From positions 1-37,222 of the forward strand of contig CAZJVP010000055.1 in assembly GCA_964549615.1 (NCBI GenBank): a stretch of DNA of 37,222 nucleotides. Direction: 5' to 3'. The DNA comes from an uncultured Thermococci archaeon. GTDB lineage: Archaea; CAYQAE01; CAYVLA01. The notes beneath the pieces were generated by a model. That model did no database searches. It had not been told where the DNA came from and saw nothing but the letters and a program-made list of their open reading frames with translations. Each line of letters starts with the position of its first letter. Positions within the stretch are counted from its first letter, which is position 1. Position numbers and translations under genes: made by a program. This document shows positions 19,741-29,404 of this stretch, piece by piece.

Positions 19741-19778
19741 GCGGCCGAAATATCAGCCGTCCTTATCCGGTGAGACCC

Positions 19779-20954
19779 ATGCCCATCGTGATCGAGTCGG
19801 TCCAGCGCACGCCCATAGAGCAGCAGAAGGTCGAGATAGTCGAGAGGAAGGGACTGGGCCATCCCGACTCCCTGGCCGACGGCATGGCGGAGTCCGTCTC
19901 CATCGCGCTCTGCCGCGAGTACCTAAGGAGGTACGGCGCGATCCTGCACCACAACACGGACAAGCTGGAGGTGGTCGGAGGCGAGGTCAGAACCCGGTTC
20001 GGAGGAGGGGAGATCCTGCGGCCGATCTATGTGCTTCTCTCCGGCAGGGCAACCACGCGGTGTGGCGAGGACGACATACCGGTTCACGAGATAGCCACGG
20101 AGGCGGCGAGCAAGTACATGCACGGCGCCCTGAGGAACCTCGGCCCCGATGGAGTCGTCTTCGAGTCCAAGATAGGCCACGGCTCGGCCGAGCTCGTCGA
20201 CGTTTTTGAGAGGAGAAGCGGCCTGCCCAAGGCCAACGACACCTCCGTTGGCGTAGGGTACGCGCCGCTTTCGGAGACGGAGAGGCTCGTGCTGGGCACC
20301 GAGAACCTGCTCAACTCGGACAAGCTCAAGAACAGATTCCCCGAGCTCGGCGAGGACATCAAGGTCATGGGGCTTAGGCAGAATCACAAGATCACGCTCA
20401 CGGTAGCCGCGGCTTTCGTGGCCGGATACGTGCCCGACCTCGACCACTACATCTCCGTCAAGCAAGACGTGGTCGACGAGATCGAGGACTACCTAGCCGA
20501 CAACGCGGAAAGGGAGACCAAGATCTTCATGAACATGGCGGATGACTACAAGAAGGGGGTCGTGTACCTCACGCTGACGGGGACCTCTGCGGAGAACGGC
20601 GACGATGGGGAAGTGGGCAGGGGCAACCGGGTCAACGGCCTCATAACGCCCAACAGGGAGATGAGCCTCGAGGCCGCGGCGGGGAAGAACCCGGTCAACC
20701 ACGTCGGAAAGCTGTACAACATCCTGAGCGGCCGGATCGCCATGGACATACAGGCAATCGCGGGCTGCGAGGTGTACGTCAAGCTGCTCTCCCAGATCGG
20801 CAAGCCCATCGACCAGCCGCTCATGGCGAGCGTCGAACTCGTCGGGGAATGCGAATGCAGCTTCTCCGACATAGAGTCGATCGTGACCGAGCACCTGGGC
20901 CGGGTGTCAAAGCTCACGGACGAGATCGTGGCAGGCAACGTCAGAGTGTTCTGA
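19779..20954 (+). CDS. mat: Archaeal-type S-adenosylmethionine synthetase
   Basis: VERKGLGHPD, HHNTDK, ANDTS.GVG, GEDIKVMG, GRGNRVNG and AAGKNPVNHVGK. Confidence 0.96.
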   Translation: MPIVIESVQRTPIEQQKVEIVERKGLGHPDSLADGMAESVSIALCREYLRRYGAILHHNTDKLEVVGGEVRTRFGGGEILRPIYVLLSGRATTRCGEDDIPVHEIATEAASKYMHGALRNLGPDGVVFESKIGHGSAELVDVFERRSGLPKANDTSVGVGYAPLSETERLVLGTENLLNSDKLKNRFPELGEDIKVMGLRQNHKITLTVAAAFVAGYVPDLDHYISVKQDVVDEIEDYLADNAERETKIFMNMADDYKKGVVYLTLTGTSAENGDDGEVGRGNRVNGLITPNREMSLEAAAGKNPVNHVGKLYNILSGRIAMDIQAIAGCEVYVKLLSQIGKPIDQPLMASVELVGECECSFSDIESIVTEHLGRVSKLTDEIVAGNVRVF

Positions 20955-21030
20955 CCCATCATATCCTGCTCGATGAGCGCCCGACCGCCGACGAAGAGCC
21001 GGGACCGTGCACGACCGCGTTGCGCTGGGT

Positions 21031-21045
21031 CTAAGATTTATAACC
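21031..21045 (+). promoter_or_regulatory. TATA promoter of dapA
   Basis: AAGA-TTTATAA, with the box at 21037-21043; GAGGT RBS before TTG 21082. Confidence 0.55.
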
Positions 21046-21081
21046 AATAAGCGCGTTTCACGGAGACCGAGGTATGCGTCG

Positions 21082-21963
21082 TTGGCTGAGCTAGAGGGTG
21101 CATTTACAGCACTGATCACCCCCTTCAAGGACAATGGGGCCATAGACGAGGAAGGCCTGAGGCGGAACGTTGAGTTCCAGATTGAAAAGGGCATCGCGGG
21201 CCTGGTCCCCTGCGGAACCACGGGAGAGTCGGCAACCCTGACCCACGCCGAGCACAAGAGGGTCGTTGAGATCGTGATCGAGGAGACGAGGGGAAGGGTG
21301 CCGGTCATAGCCGGCACGGGGAGCAACTCGACCGCCGAGGCGATAGAGCTGACCAAGCACGCCTTCGAGGCGGGGGCCGACTACTGCCTGCTGATCTCCC
21401 CCTACTACAACAAGCCAACCCAGAAGGGCGTCATCGCGCACTTCCAAGCGGTGGCCGCCGAATGCGAGGGCGACCTTATACTCTACAACGTGCCATCCAG
21501 GACCGGGCTTAACATCGAGGCGGAGACGGTCATCAAGCTCGCGGAGGTCGACAACATCGTGGGAGTCAAGGAGGCCAGCGGCAACATGGAGCAGATCATG
21601 CGGATCATCCGCGATGCGGGCGATAGGCTGACCGTGCTTTCCGGCGACGACATAATGACCTACCCGATCATGGCCCTGGGCGGCAAGGGAGTCATCTCCG
21701 TCGCATCGAACATCGTGCCGGACCTTGTCCAGGGGATGGTCGTCGACTTTCTCAAGGGGCGGATCGAGGAGTCCAGGCGTGCCCACTACAGGCTGTTGAA
21801 CCTATTCAAGCACCTCTTCCTGGAAACCAATCCCGGCCCGATAAAGGCTCTGATGAATGCCGCGGGCATGCCTGCAGGCCCGTTGAGGCTTCCGCTGGTT
21901 TCGTGCGAGGAGAAGAACGTCGAGATCCTGAAGCGCGACCTAATGGAGCTCGGCCGGCTGTAG
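21082..21963 (+). CDS. dapA: 4-hydroxy-tetrahydrodipicolinate synthase
   Basis: TALITPF, GTTGE, GTGSNST, PYYNKP, LYNVPSRTG, GVKEASG and ETNPGPIK. TTG start inferred from the RBS. Confidence 0.95.
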   Translation: MAELEGAFTALITPFKDNGAIDEEGLRRNVEFQIEKGIAGLVPCGTTGESATLTHAEHKRVVEIVIEETRGRVPVIAGTGSNSTAEAIELTKHAFEAGADYCLLISPYYNKPTQKGVIAHFQAVAAECEGDLILYNVPSRTGLNIEAETVIKLAEVDNIVGVKEASGNMEQIMRIIRDAGDRLTVLSGDDIMTYPIMALGGKGVISVASNIVPDLVQGMVVDFLKGRIEESRRAHYRLLNLFKHLFLETNPGPIKALMNAAGMPAGPLRLPLVSCEEKNVEILKRDLMELGRL

Positions 21964-21999
21964 CTTCGGAGCGAGCGCCGAGCCCGGAGGAGAAAGCCG

Positions 22000-23112
22000 G
22001 TGAACTCAAGGGAGAGGCTTCTTGCAGCCATAAGGGGCGAGCAGCCCGACACGGTCCCGGTTGGAATACACAACATAGGCACATACCTGCCGCACATGCG
22101 TCGCATCCTGGGAGGCCCGATCAGCGACAGGGACGCCCTGAAGCTGTTCGGCCTGGACCCCACTCTGTACCGAACCTACTCAAAGAACCTGCCCGCCGAT
22201 GCGAGCCTGGTCTACGAACCGCCCTGCCGCTTCAAGGGGCCAAGGTGGAGGGAGAGGGAGGAGTTGGTATCGCGCTCCGACGGAGAGGTCCTGGTCAGAA
22301 GGACGATTCAGACGCCGAAGGGCAAGCTCTCCACGCTTGAGAAGAGGACGAGCATCACCTGCTGGACCATTGAACCACTGCTCAAGAAGCCGGAGGACCT
22401 GGAGCTTTTGCGCTTCCGGCCTCCCTCTTATGCCGATGGAGACCGCTACCGAAAGGAGTTCGGGTCCGGGTACACGGAGGGGATCGTGAGGGCCGGCGTG
22501 TGGGGGCAGGGGGAGGCGGTCATCCTTCGGGGGCCAAAGCAGCTCTGCATCGACCTGCACGTCCGCCCGGACTGGGTAAAGGATCTCTACGAGCTGCTGA
22601 CGGAGTGGGCCCTGGACTGGATCGAAGGCGCGCCAACCGAGTACATCGACCTGGTTGAGGTAGCGGGACACATAGGCAACTTCGTCTCCCCCGAGACGTA
22701 CCGCAGACAGATCATGCCTTTTGACAAGAAAGTAGTCCGGGCGCTCCACCAGCGCGGCCTCCCCACGACCTACCATGACTGCGGAATGTTGATGCACGTC
22801 ATAGAGCTCATCGCGGACACCGGCACCGACTGCATCGAGACCCTGACCCCGCCCCCATTTGGGGGCGACGTCGACCTTGCGGCGGCCAAGAAACTGGTCG
22901 GCGGCAGGGTCTGCCTGATTGGAGGGTTCCACCAGTCAGCGATAGAGAGGGGAACGCCGGAGCAGGTCGAGGAGAGGGTGAGGCAGTGCATCGAGGCGGC
23001 TGGGCCGGGCGGGGGCTACATCCTCTACAACAACGACCATTTCTTCGAGGCGCCCATGGAGAACATGTACGCCTACGTCAGGGCCGCCAGGAAATATGGT
23101 CGTTACGCCTGA
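22000..23112 (+). CDS. Uroporphyrinogen decarboxylase-like / MtaA-CmuA methyltransferase superfamily protein
   Basis: MNSRERLLAAIRGEQPDTVPV start, HDCG metal motif, GTPEQV and GGGYIL. Confidence 0.85.
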   Translation: MNSRERLLAAIRGEQPDTVPVGIHNIGTYLPHMRRILGGPISDRDALKLFGLDPTLYRTYSKNLPADASLVYEPPCRFKGPRWREREELVSRSDGEVLVRRTIQTPKGKLSTLEKRTSITCWTIEPLLKKPEDLELLRFRPPSYADGDRYRKEFGSGYTEGIVRAGVWGQGEAVILRGPKQLCIDLHVRPDWVKDLYELLTEWALDWIEGAPTEYIDLVEVAGHIGNFVSPETYRRQIMPFDKKVVRALHQRGLPTTYHDCGMLMHVIELIADTGTDCIETLTPPPFGGDVDLAAAKKLVGGRVCLIGGFHQSAIERGTPEQVEERVRQCIEAAGPGGGYILYNNDHFFEAPMENMYAYVRAARKYGRYA

Positions 23113-23210
23113 CTCGGATCGCGTCCGCGGCGAGCCCTCAGAATTGGGGAGGGTGAGAGGCGCCTTGGGAATTCCAAGAACGGGTGGAAGAACGCCGACC
23201 TAGCTGGGTC

Positions 23211-24158
23211 TTACCATCGCCGGATCGTTTTTCCAATCCGTTGTCTCAGTGGGGCCAGAATCCCAACGGCGCCTGGAGGCAGCAGGACGGTTCCGAGCAC
23301 AAACCAGGACCTCGGATCGACGGTTCGCTCCCTGATTATCTCCAGGGCAAGTCGCCTGGCCTCAGCCCGCTCGGCCTCCCGGCATTGCTCCATGCAGAGG
23401 ATCCTCTTTTCCCGCAGGACCTTTTTCCTTATCATCCTGAGTGTGCGTCTTCCCTCCGCGGACCGGGCATCGCACAGGCCCTCGAGTTTGCGGAGGATGC
23501 GTATGTGGGCCTGATGGACCCTGATGCGTGACGCGCTTATGCTTGCCGAGTGTCTCCGCCACTTCCCCACCACGCTAGGCACGTACGCGAACCGGCATCC
23601 TGCCTGGGCCAGTCTCAGCCACAGATCGAAATCCTCGGTGGGGTTGGACCCGGGGTCGAGTCCCGATACCTTCTCCAACCACTTTTTCCTGACCACGACG
23701 GTTGACATGCCTATGGTGTTGTGTCGGATCAGATCCGCGAACGTCAGCGACGGGGGCCGTCTGGTGTGAATGCTGGATCCGATCTGTCTCCCCTCCGCAT
23801 CGATGCGTACGTAATCCCCGTGGACAAGCCCCACCTCGGGATGCTGGTCGAGGTAGCGCACCTGGATCTCCAGCTTATGCGGCAGCCAAAGGTCATCCGA
23901 ATTGAGGAATGCGACCAGCTGGCCAAAGCTGTTCTCGATGCCCAGGTTATGGGCACTTGCGGGGCCCGAGTTGGTCTGGTAGAAGTATCTTATTCGGTCC
24001 CTGTAAGGCTCCAGCACAGATTCCGTGTCGTCTGTGGAACCGTCATCAACAACTACTATTTCGAAATCCTTGAAGGACTGTTGGAAAGCGCTTTCCAGGC
24101 TCTCTTTGATGAAACCGGCCTGATTGTAGGTCGCGACTATGATGCTCACGCGCGGCAC
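23211..24158 (-). CDS. Glycosyltransferase family 2
   Basis: VSIIVATYN, VDDGSTD, FLNSDD and EDFDLWLR; GAGGTG RBS before GTG 24158. Confidence 0.92.
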   Translation of the reverse strand: MPRVSIIVATYNQAGFIKESLESAFQQSFKDFEIVVVDDGSTDDTESVLEPYRDRIRYFYQTNSGPASAHNLGIENSFGQLVAFLNSDDLWLPHKLEIQVRYLDQHPEVGLVHGDYVRIDAEGRQIGSSIHTRRPPSLTFADLIRHNTIGMSTVVVRKKWLEKVSGLDPGSNPTEDFDLWLRLAQAGCRFAYVPSVVGKWRRHSASISASRIRVHQAHIRILRKLEGLCDARSAEGRRTLRMIRKKVLREKRILCMEQCREAERAEARRLALEIIRERTVDPRSWFVLGTVLLPPGAVGILAPLRQRIGKTIRRW

Positions 24159-24168
24159 CCGGCACACC

Positions 24169-25230
24169 TCAAGCAAAGAAACGGTATAGCAGGTTGCCCG
24201 CCCTCTCAGTTACTTCGTCGGGGACGGTTGGCTCGGTGAACAGCTGGGTCACCTCGCCTAGGAGCTGCTTGACATGCTGTTCGTTCTCCTTCGCGATGGG
24301 GTCCGACCTTGGCTCGTATCGGAGGAACCTTATCTCCCTTTCAACTGAGCCGAAGTGCCTCTTGAACCGGACTAGCCCTTCCTGGCCGACGTCGCTGAGG
24401 CCGAAGTCCCAGGACCGGCAGCCGAGCCTCTTGCCCAAGAGCATTCCTTCCCAGACCAAAAGGTCGTTGGGTCTCAGTCCCAAGTATTTCGGGTCGGATG
24501 CGTTGAACTTGTAGTAGATCGTGCCGTTCCATACCAAAAAGAGCGCGCCCGCAACCGGAGTCGCCCCGTCTCTGGCCATCAGGATGAACCCCTTTCGCTC
24601 TGAGAAGAACTGGCCCGAGATGTTCTCGAAGAACAGGCGCGGCTGGGCCAGGAGCCTGTACTTGCGCTTTCTGACCCCAAGATGCATGTTGAAGAAATCC
24701 GACAAAGCCTCACGGCTCGTCTCCACCTGGACTGACAACCCGCCGCGCCTGGCCCTCTCCACCGCCCTGCGCGTAGAGTCCCGGATGACCGCCCAAAGGG
24801 ATTCGCTGGTGCCGGCAAGACTCAGGCCGTGCCACTTCGCGGTCTTAATTGTCTCGAGCCTTCCGTCCCGCTTGACCATGTCGTTTCGCAGGCATCTGAA
24901 GCTGACCGGACAGTCGTGCAGGGAAAGGGCATGCAAGAGCATCTCCCAGTCCTCCCTTGTGCTGGCGATGGGGTCGCAATAGTCAGAGAATGGCAGGGAT
25001 GAGATCCGGCGCCCGAAGAGGGGGTCTTCCACCATGCAGTAGGCCAGTCCCGCCCCAGGTATTCCCTCGGCGTCCAGGAGGATGATGGCCTTCGGCTTGA
25101 AGCCGTAGGTCTGTCTCAGGACATTTATCCAGTTCGGCGAATGGAATACGGAGGCACGCGCAGCGAGTCTATGCCAGGACGGATCCGAGATGGGGTCGAC
25201 CTCCACGGCGTCTCTCCCGACCTTCTGCAT
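24169..25230 (-). CDS. FemAB-like GNAT family acyltransferase
   Basis: VFHSPNW, SLPFSDY, RPNDLLVW and DFGLS...GLVRFK. Confidence 0.85.
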   Translation of the reverse strand: MQKVGRDAVEVDPISDPSWHRLAARASVFHSPNWINVLRQTYGFKPKAIILLDAEGIPGAGLAYCMVEDPLFGRRISSLPFSDYCDPIASTREDWEMLLHALSLHDCPVSFRCLRNDMVKRDGRLETIKTAKWHGLSLAGTSESLWAVIRDSTRRAVERARRGGLSVQVETSREALSDFFNMHLGVRKRKYRLLAQPRLFFENISGQFFSERKGFILMARDGATPVAGALFLVWNGTIYYKFNASDPKYLGLRPNDLLVWEGMLLGKRLGCRSWDFGLSDVGQEGLVRFKRHFGSVEREIRFLRYEPRSDPIAKENEQHVKQLLGEVTQLFTEPTVPDEVTERAGNLLYRFFA

Positions 25231-25231
25231 C

Positions 25232-26368
25232 TCAGGACGCCTCTCCCCGCGAGATCACCAGCTTTTTCTCCTTGAGCCCTCTCTCCTTTTCTGAATAGTA
25301 CTCCCGCACCTCACCGAGCGTTCTGAACCAGTCAGCGTATCTCCGAAGGCCCTCCGCCAGCTTGGTTTTCGCCTCGAAGCCGAGGGACCTAAGTCGACCT
25401 ATGTCAAGGAGGAGATGTCTTATGTCCCCCGGCCTGAACTCGCCTCGCACTGCCGGGGAGACCCCACCGCCCAGGGCCTTGATAAGAAGATGAGCAGCCT
25501 GCAGCACGGTCGTGCCGATCCCCGTCCCAACGTTGAAGGCCGAGTAGTTCATCGCCGTCGTCTCGGCCGCGAACAGGTTCGCCCGCGCGACGTCCTCAAC
25601 GAACACCCAGTCCCTCTTCTGTCCCCCGTCCTCGTATACGATGGGGGGCATGTTCTTGGCCACCCTGCTGGCAAAGACGGAGATGACCCCGGCGTGCACA
25701 TTGGAGAAGGCCTGCCTGGGCCCATACACCACCCCGTAACGCAGAGCAACGACCGGGATGCCGAACTCCCGTCCCATCGAGAGCGAGAGACGCTCCTCGG
25801 CGATCTTGGAAATGGCGTAGGGGGTGGCCCCCTTGAGAGGTGCCGATTCCCGCGTGGGCACAGGCTCCATCGGCTGCCCGCACTCATCGCAGACGGGTTC
25901 CCACTCTCCCCTGAGAAGTTGTCCCAGCGGCCTTGGATCGGGGCATTTGGGGCCATGGTCTGGACAGGCGTACTCGCCCTCGCCGTAAACGGCTTGGGAA
26001 GAGGCCACCACAACCTTCTCAAGTGCCTTGCCCGCTCTCCGCATCTCCTGGAATAGGCGGGCTGTTCCAGTGGCGTTGACGTCGAGGAACTTGGCGGCCT
26101 GCAGGGGGGAGCCGGTGAAGGCCGCCTCGTGGAAGACATATTCGACATCGACCAGGGATCTTCTCAGATCATGGGAGCTCCTGATGTCCCCGACGAGGAG
26201 CTCGGCGCCCGCCCGGACTGCCTGCGGCTTTCCGCCCGCGTGCAGATGCGAGTCGAGATTGTCTAGGATTCGGACCTTGCATCCGTGCTCAAGGCAAAGA
26301 TCGACCAGGTGGGAACCGATGAACCCTGCCCCACCGGTGACCAGCACCATGCTTCCTTCCAAGGCCAT
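25232..26368 (-). CDS. NAD-dependent epimerase/dehydratase with a Cys/His-rich insert
   Basis: TGGAGFIGSH, SSQAVYG, YAISK and RDWVFVED; CPDH...CDEC insert. Confidence 0.92.
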   Translation of the reverse strand: MALEGSMVLVTGGAGFIGSHLVDLCLEHGCKVRILDNLDSHLHAGGKPQAVRAGAELLVGDIRSSHDLRRSLVDVEYVFHEAAFTGSPLQAAKFLDVNATGTARLFQEMRRAGKALEKVVVASSQAVYGEGEYACPDHGPKCPDPRPLGQLLRGEWEPVCDECGQPMEPVPTRESAPLKGATPYAISKIAEERLSLSMGREFGIPVVALRYGVVYGPRQAFSNVHAGVISVFASRVAKNMPPIVYEDGGQKRDWVFVEDVARANLFAAETTAMNYSAFNVGTGIGTTVLQAAHLLIKALGGGVSPAVRGEFRPGDIRHLLLDIGRLRSLGFEAKTKLAEGLRRYADWFRTLGEVREYYSEKERGLKEKKLVISRGEAS

Positions 26369-26372
26369 GCAG

Positions 26373-27485
26373 CTATCCTCCTTCTGCTCCGACCAACTCG
26401 GCCAGCACCATTGCCGTATGCTCAGCCTCCTCCTCCGTCATGCCAACGAAGATGGGGAGGGAAAGAACCCTTTGAGCGGCCGCCTCTGCCTTCGGGAAAT
26501 GACCCCGCCCATAGCCCAGATGGGCAAAGCAGGGCTGAAGATGGATGGGCACGGGGTAATGGAGCCCGGTCCCTATCCCCCGCTCGGCGAGCCGGGACCT
26601 GATCATGTCCCTTGCCTCGAGCTGGACCACGTACTGGTGGTAGACATGATAGCAGTGCGGAGGGCATCTGGGAGTCCAGACGCCCGTACCCTGGAGTAGT
26701 TCGTCGTAGACTCCGGCTATTTGGCGTCTTTGCCTGTTCCACTCGTCCAGATGCGGCAGCTTGACGCGCAGGACCGCAGCCTGGATCGTGTCCAGCCTAG
26801 CGTTGAAGGCCGGGAGAACGTGGTTGTGCTTGCCCCGCTGGCCGTAATCGCGCATGGCCCTCACCTTCTCCGCCAAGTCGTCGTCGTTTGTGACCACAGC
26901 TCCTCCGTCGCCGAAGGCGCCCAAGTTCTTGCTCGGATAGAAGGAGAAGGCGGCGAAGTCTCCCAGGGAACCGACCCTATCTCCCCTGTAGGATGCACCG
27001 TGGGCCTGGCAGGCGTCTTCCACGATGAAAAGGCCGTGCCTCTCCGCCAGGCTCCTGACCTCGTCCATCTCAGCGGGCTGGCCGTAGAGGTGGACCGGCA
27101 TTATGGCCCTGGTTCCCTTGCGAATCCTTTTCTCGGCGTCTTCCACGTCAATGTTGTAGGTTTCGGGATTCATATCCACGAGAAGCGGGGTTGCGCCGGC
27201 CGAGGAGACGGCGGAGCTGCTTGCGATGAAGCTGTTGGCGGGGGTGAGGACGGATTGCCCGTCCGAGATGCCGAGGGCCCTCATGCCAAGTTCCAGAGCC
27301 GACAGACCTGAGCTGGTGCCCACAGCATGTCTTGCGCCACAGTGACGGGCGAACTCCTTCTCGAACTTCTCAAGCGCCTCCCCCATGATGAAATCGCCTC
27401 TTTTGATCACTTCCTTTAAAGCGGCGTCGATCTCAGGCCTGAGCAACTCGTTCTGGCGGCGCAGATCGACGAAAGGCACGCGCAC
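26373..27485 (-). CDS. DegT/DnrJ/EryC1/StrS aminotransferase
   Basis: PVHLYGQ, EDACQAHGA, SFYPSKNLG and NARLDTIQAA. Confidence 0.95.
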   Translation of the reverse strand: MRVPFVDLRRQNELLRPEIDAALKEVIKRGDFIMGEALEKFEKEFARHCGARHAVGTSSGLSALELGMRALGISDGQSVLTPANSFIASSSAVSSAGATPLLVDMNPETYNIDVEDAEKRIRKGTRAIMPVHLYGQPAEMDEVRSLAERHGLFIVEDACQAHGASYRGDRVGSLGDFAAFSFYPSKNLGAFGDGGAVVTNDDDLAEKVRAMRDYGQRGKHNHVLPAFNARLDTIQAAVLRVKLPHLDEWNRQRRQIAGVYDELLQGTGVWTPRCPPHCYHVYHQYVVQLEARDMIRSRLAERGIGTGLHYPVPIHLQPCFAHLGYGRGHFPKAEAAAQRVLSLPIFVGMTEEEAEHTAMVLAELVGAEGG

Positions 27486-27659
27486 AATCTAGCAGTCTTG
27501 GGCGCTGGATATATCTGGAAATTGTGAAGGTTCCAAATCCGTCCGACCGATCGCGTCTGATGACCAAACGGTTTGCCGACCAAGCACCGGTCACCGCTCA
27601 CCCATCGGCGAGCCGGAGGTCAATGGACGCGCCCTGGCCTGGGAGGCAGCAACCCGCGG

Positions 27660-28754
27660 CTAGCGATCAGGGGCGTCTCCCCAATCCGGAACCTTGAGCA
27701 GGCGGCCCCCCGCGAGAGCCGACTTGTGCGCGATGAATCCCGGGACACAGTACCTCACGGCCTCCCAGACGTTTATCCGGGGAAGCCTGCCGCGGTTCAC
27801 CGAGTCGACGAACTCGTGGACTAGATACGCGTGCGAGCCGCCGTGCCCGCCAAGGTTGGATGCGAGCGGCTCGGGCAGGTACTCGTGCCGGGCGGGCGGG
27901 TCAACGGCCTGCTTGCCCTGTTTGTCGGTCCAGACCGACCCGGCGAGATTGTGTTCGAAGCTCCCCTCGGTGCCGTAGATGCCGCTCGTCCTTTCGCCGC
28001 CCACGTGGCCGATCCGGCGGAACTCGCAGACGCGGGCCGACGAGCCGTCGCTCATTCTGAACAGCGCGACCTCGTTTGAGAACGGGTTCTTCCAGATGGT
28101 GTCCGGGCGGTACCAGTCATCGTTCGGGTGAACGTAGCCCTGCGCCGAGACGTGGGTCATGTGGGCGCCGGTCACCGAGACTATGAAGCAGGTTGAGTGC
28201 GTGGCGTAGTGCATCGGGATCTCGCCCGTCTTGTCCGGCCCGAACTCCTCCCCCCAGCGGTTCTTGGCCACATCGTAGAGGCCGTGGCTCATGTCGTGGA
28301 AGTACTCGGCCTGGGAGTAGACGAAGTTGCCGAACGCCCCCTCCGCCGCCTTCCTGCGGCAGTAGGCCGCCTCCGGCCTGAAGTAGCTGGTCTCGCCGTT
28401 CATGTAGATCATCCCCGTCCTCTCCACGGTCTTCACGAGCGGCCCGACCTCCTCCAGCCGGTAGGCGGCCGGGACGGCCGAGTAGACGTGCTTGCCCGCC
28501 CCCATGGCCTGTATGGCCTGGCGGGCGTGGAGCCAGGGCTGGGTTATGATCACGAGGGCGTCCAAGTCCGACTTGCATATCTCGTCCAGGCTATGGTAGG
28601 TCTCGTCGATCTCGTACTTCCTCGACATCTCATCCAACCGATCCTGGCGCAGATCGCAGAGCGCCAGCCTGTGCACATCGGGATGGTTCTTGAAAAGCCA
28701 CACAAACGACCTTCCGAACATGCCCAGGCCCACCATTCCCACGCTTATCGTCAT
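27660..28754 (-). CDS. Gfo/Idh/MocA family oxidoreductase
   Basis: VGMVGLGMFG, HVYSAVP, YMNGETS, YATHS and GHGGSH. Confidence 0.9.
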   Translation of the reverse strand: MTISVGMVGLGMFGRSFVWLFKNHPDVHRLALCDLRQDRLDEMSRKYEIDETYHSLDEICKSDLDALVIITQPWLHARQAIQAMGAGKHVYSAVPAAYRLEEVGPLVKTVERTGMIYMNGETSYFRPEAAYCRRKAAEGAFGNFVYSQAEYFHDMSHGLYDVAKNRWGEEFGPDKTGEIPMHYATHSTCFIVSVTGAHMTHVSAQGYVHPNDDWYRPDTIWKNPFSNEVALFRMSDGSSARVCEFRRIGHVGGERTSGIYGTEGSFEHNLAGSVWTDKQGKQAVDPPARHEYLPEPLASNLGGHGGSHAYLVHEFVDSVNRGRLPRINVWEAVRYCVPGFIAHKSALAGGRLLKVPDWGDAPDR

Positions 28755-28810
28755 CCCTCACCCTCCCTGAACCGATGCTCTCGGAGCCCGAATGGGGGTG
28801 TCTTGGAGTC

Positions 28811-28826
28811 CGAAAATATATATCAA
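28811..28826 (+). promoter_or_regulatory. BRE/TATA promoter of the tRNA gene
   Basis: CGAAA-ATATATAT, ending about 29 bp upstream of tRNA position 1. Confidence 0.6.
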
Positions 28827-28851
28827 GCGCTTTCCGAACCGCCAAACCCGC

Positions 28852-28969
28852 GCGGGGGTTGCCGAGCTGGTCAAAGGCGCAGGTAGGCGTGCTTTGCGAT
28901 GCTTAGGCGGCTCGTGCCCGAGACACTCTGTCCCGAAGGGGTCCGTGGGTTCAAATCCCACCCCCCGCA
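28852..28969 (+). tRNA. trnL: tRNA-Leu(TAG) with two 17-nt introns (30/31 at 28884-28900; 37/38 at 28908-28924)
   Basis: Acceptor stem GCGGGGG/CCCCCGC with discriminator A, T arm GTGGG-TTCAAAT-CCCAC, and a long variable arm. Removing both inserts gives an 84-nt cloverleaf with anticodon arm CAGGG-CTTAGGA-CTCTG. CCA is not fully encoded. Confidence 0.92.
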
Positions 28970-29404
28970 CCTCATGTGAACGCACGGACCTTTCGCGAGG
29001 GAAGATCGCGATCCTGAGATCCTGGAGATGACAACCGGGCGCTCTGCTAGGTCCTGTTGTTGTGTCTCGTGGCTGGAGCCCCATTTGGGTGATGTAAGGA
29101 AACACGCTCAAAGAAGCTCTGGAGCGTGGCACTTGATTCGCCCGGTGACCAGAGAATGAGAAGTGCGACCCCTGCCGACGGCGGAACGCTCTTCCTGACA
29201 CAGACAGCCTGTGTGGGAGTTTCACCGGAGTTGCACCGAGATCTTCACCGTCTGAAGGCTATCTGGCATTGGATCACCGCACATGGTTCCACCTCGCCTG
29301 AGGATGAGCCTTGCCGTATGGATTATCTGCCTGCGCGCTGTGCCACGGAGCAGAAAGGAACCCAAGAATTTTTATGAGCGACCTGCCTCGCGCGGAGCGA
29401 GAGA

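Noticed and set aside
19317-19778. N-terminal extension of mat in the ORF track; similar extensions at 2096, 9271, 21007 and 33673
   Set aside because: These overlap other genes or promoters and have low-complexity, shadow-like composition. Downstream starts generally have better TATA, RBS or domain-boundary support.
28884-28924. Single long intron with a GAG anticodon
   Set aside because: GAG at 28920-28922 lacks a preceding U33. The two-intron model gives U33-TAG-G37 and valid BHB motifs.
29210-29260. Possible cupin-like fragment (EFHRSCTEIFTV) after the tRNA
   Set aside because: Too short to support, with no start or continuation.
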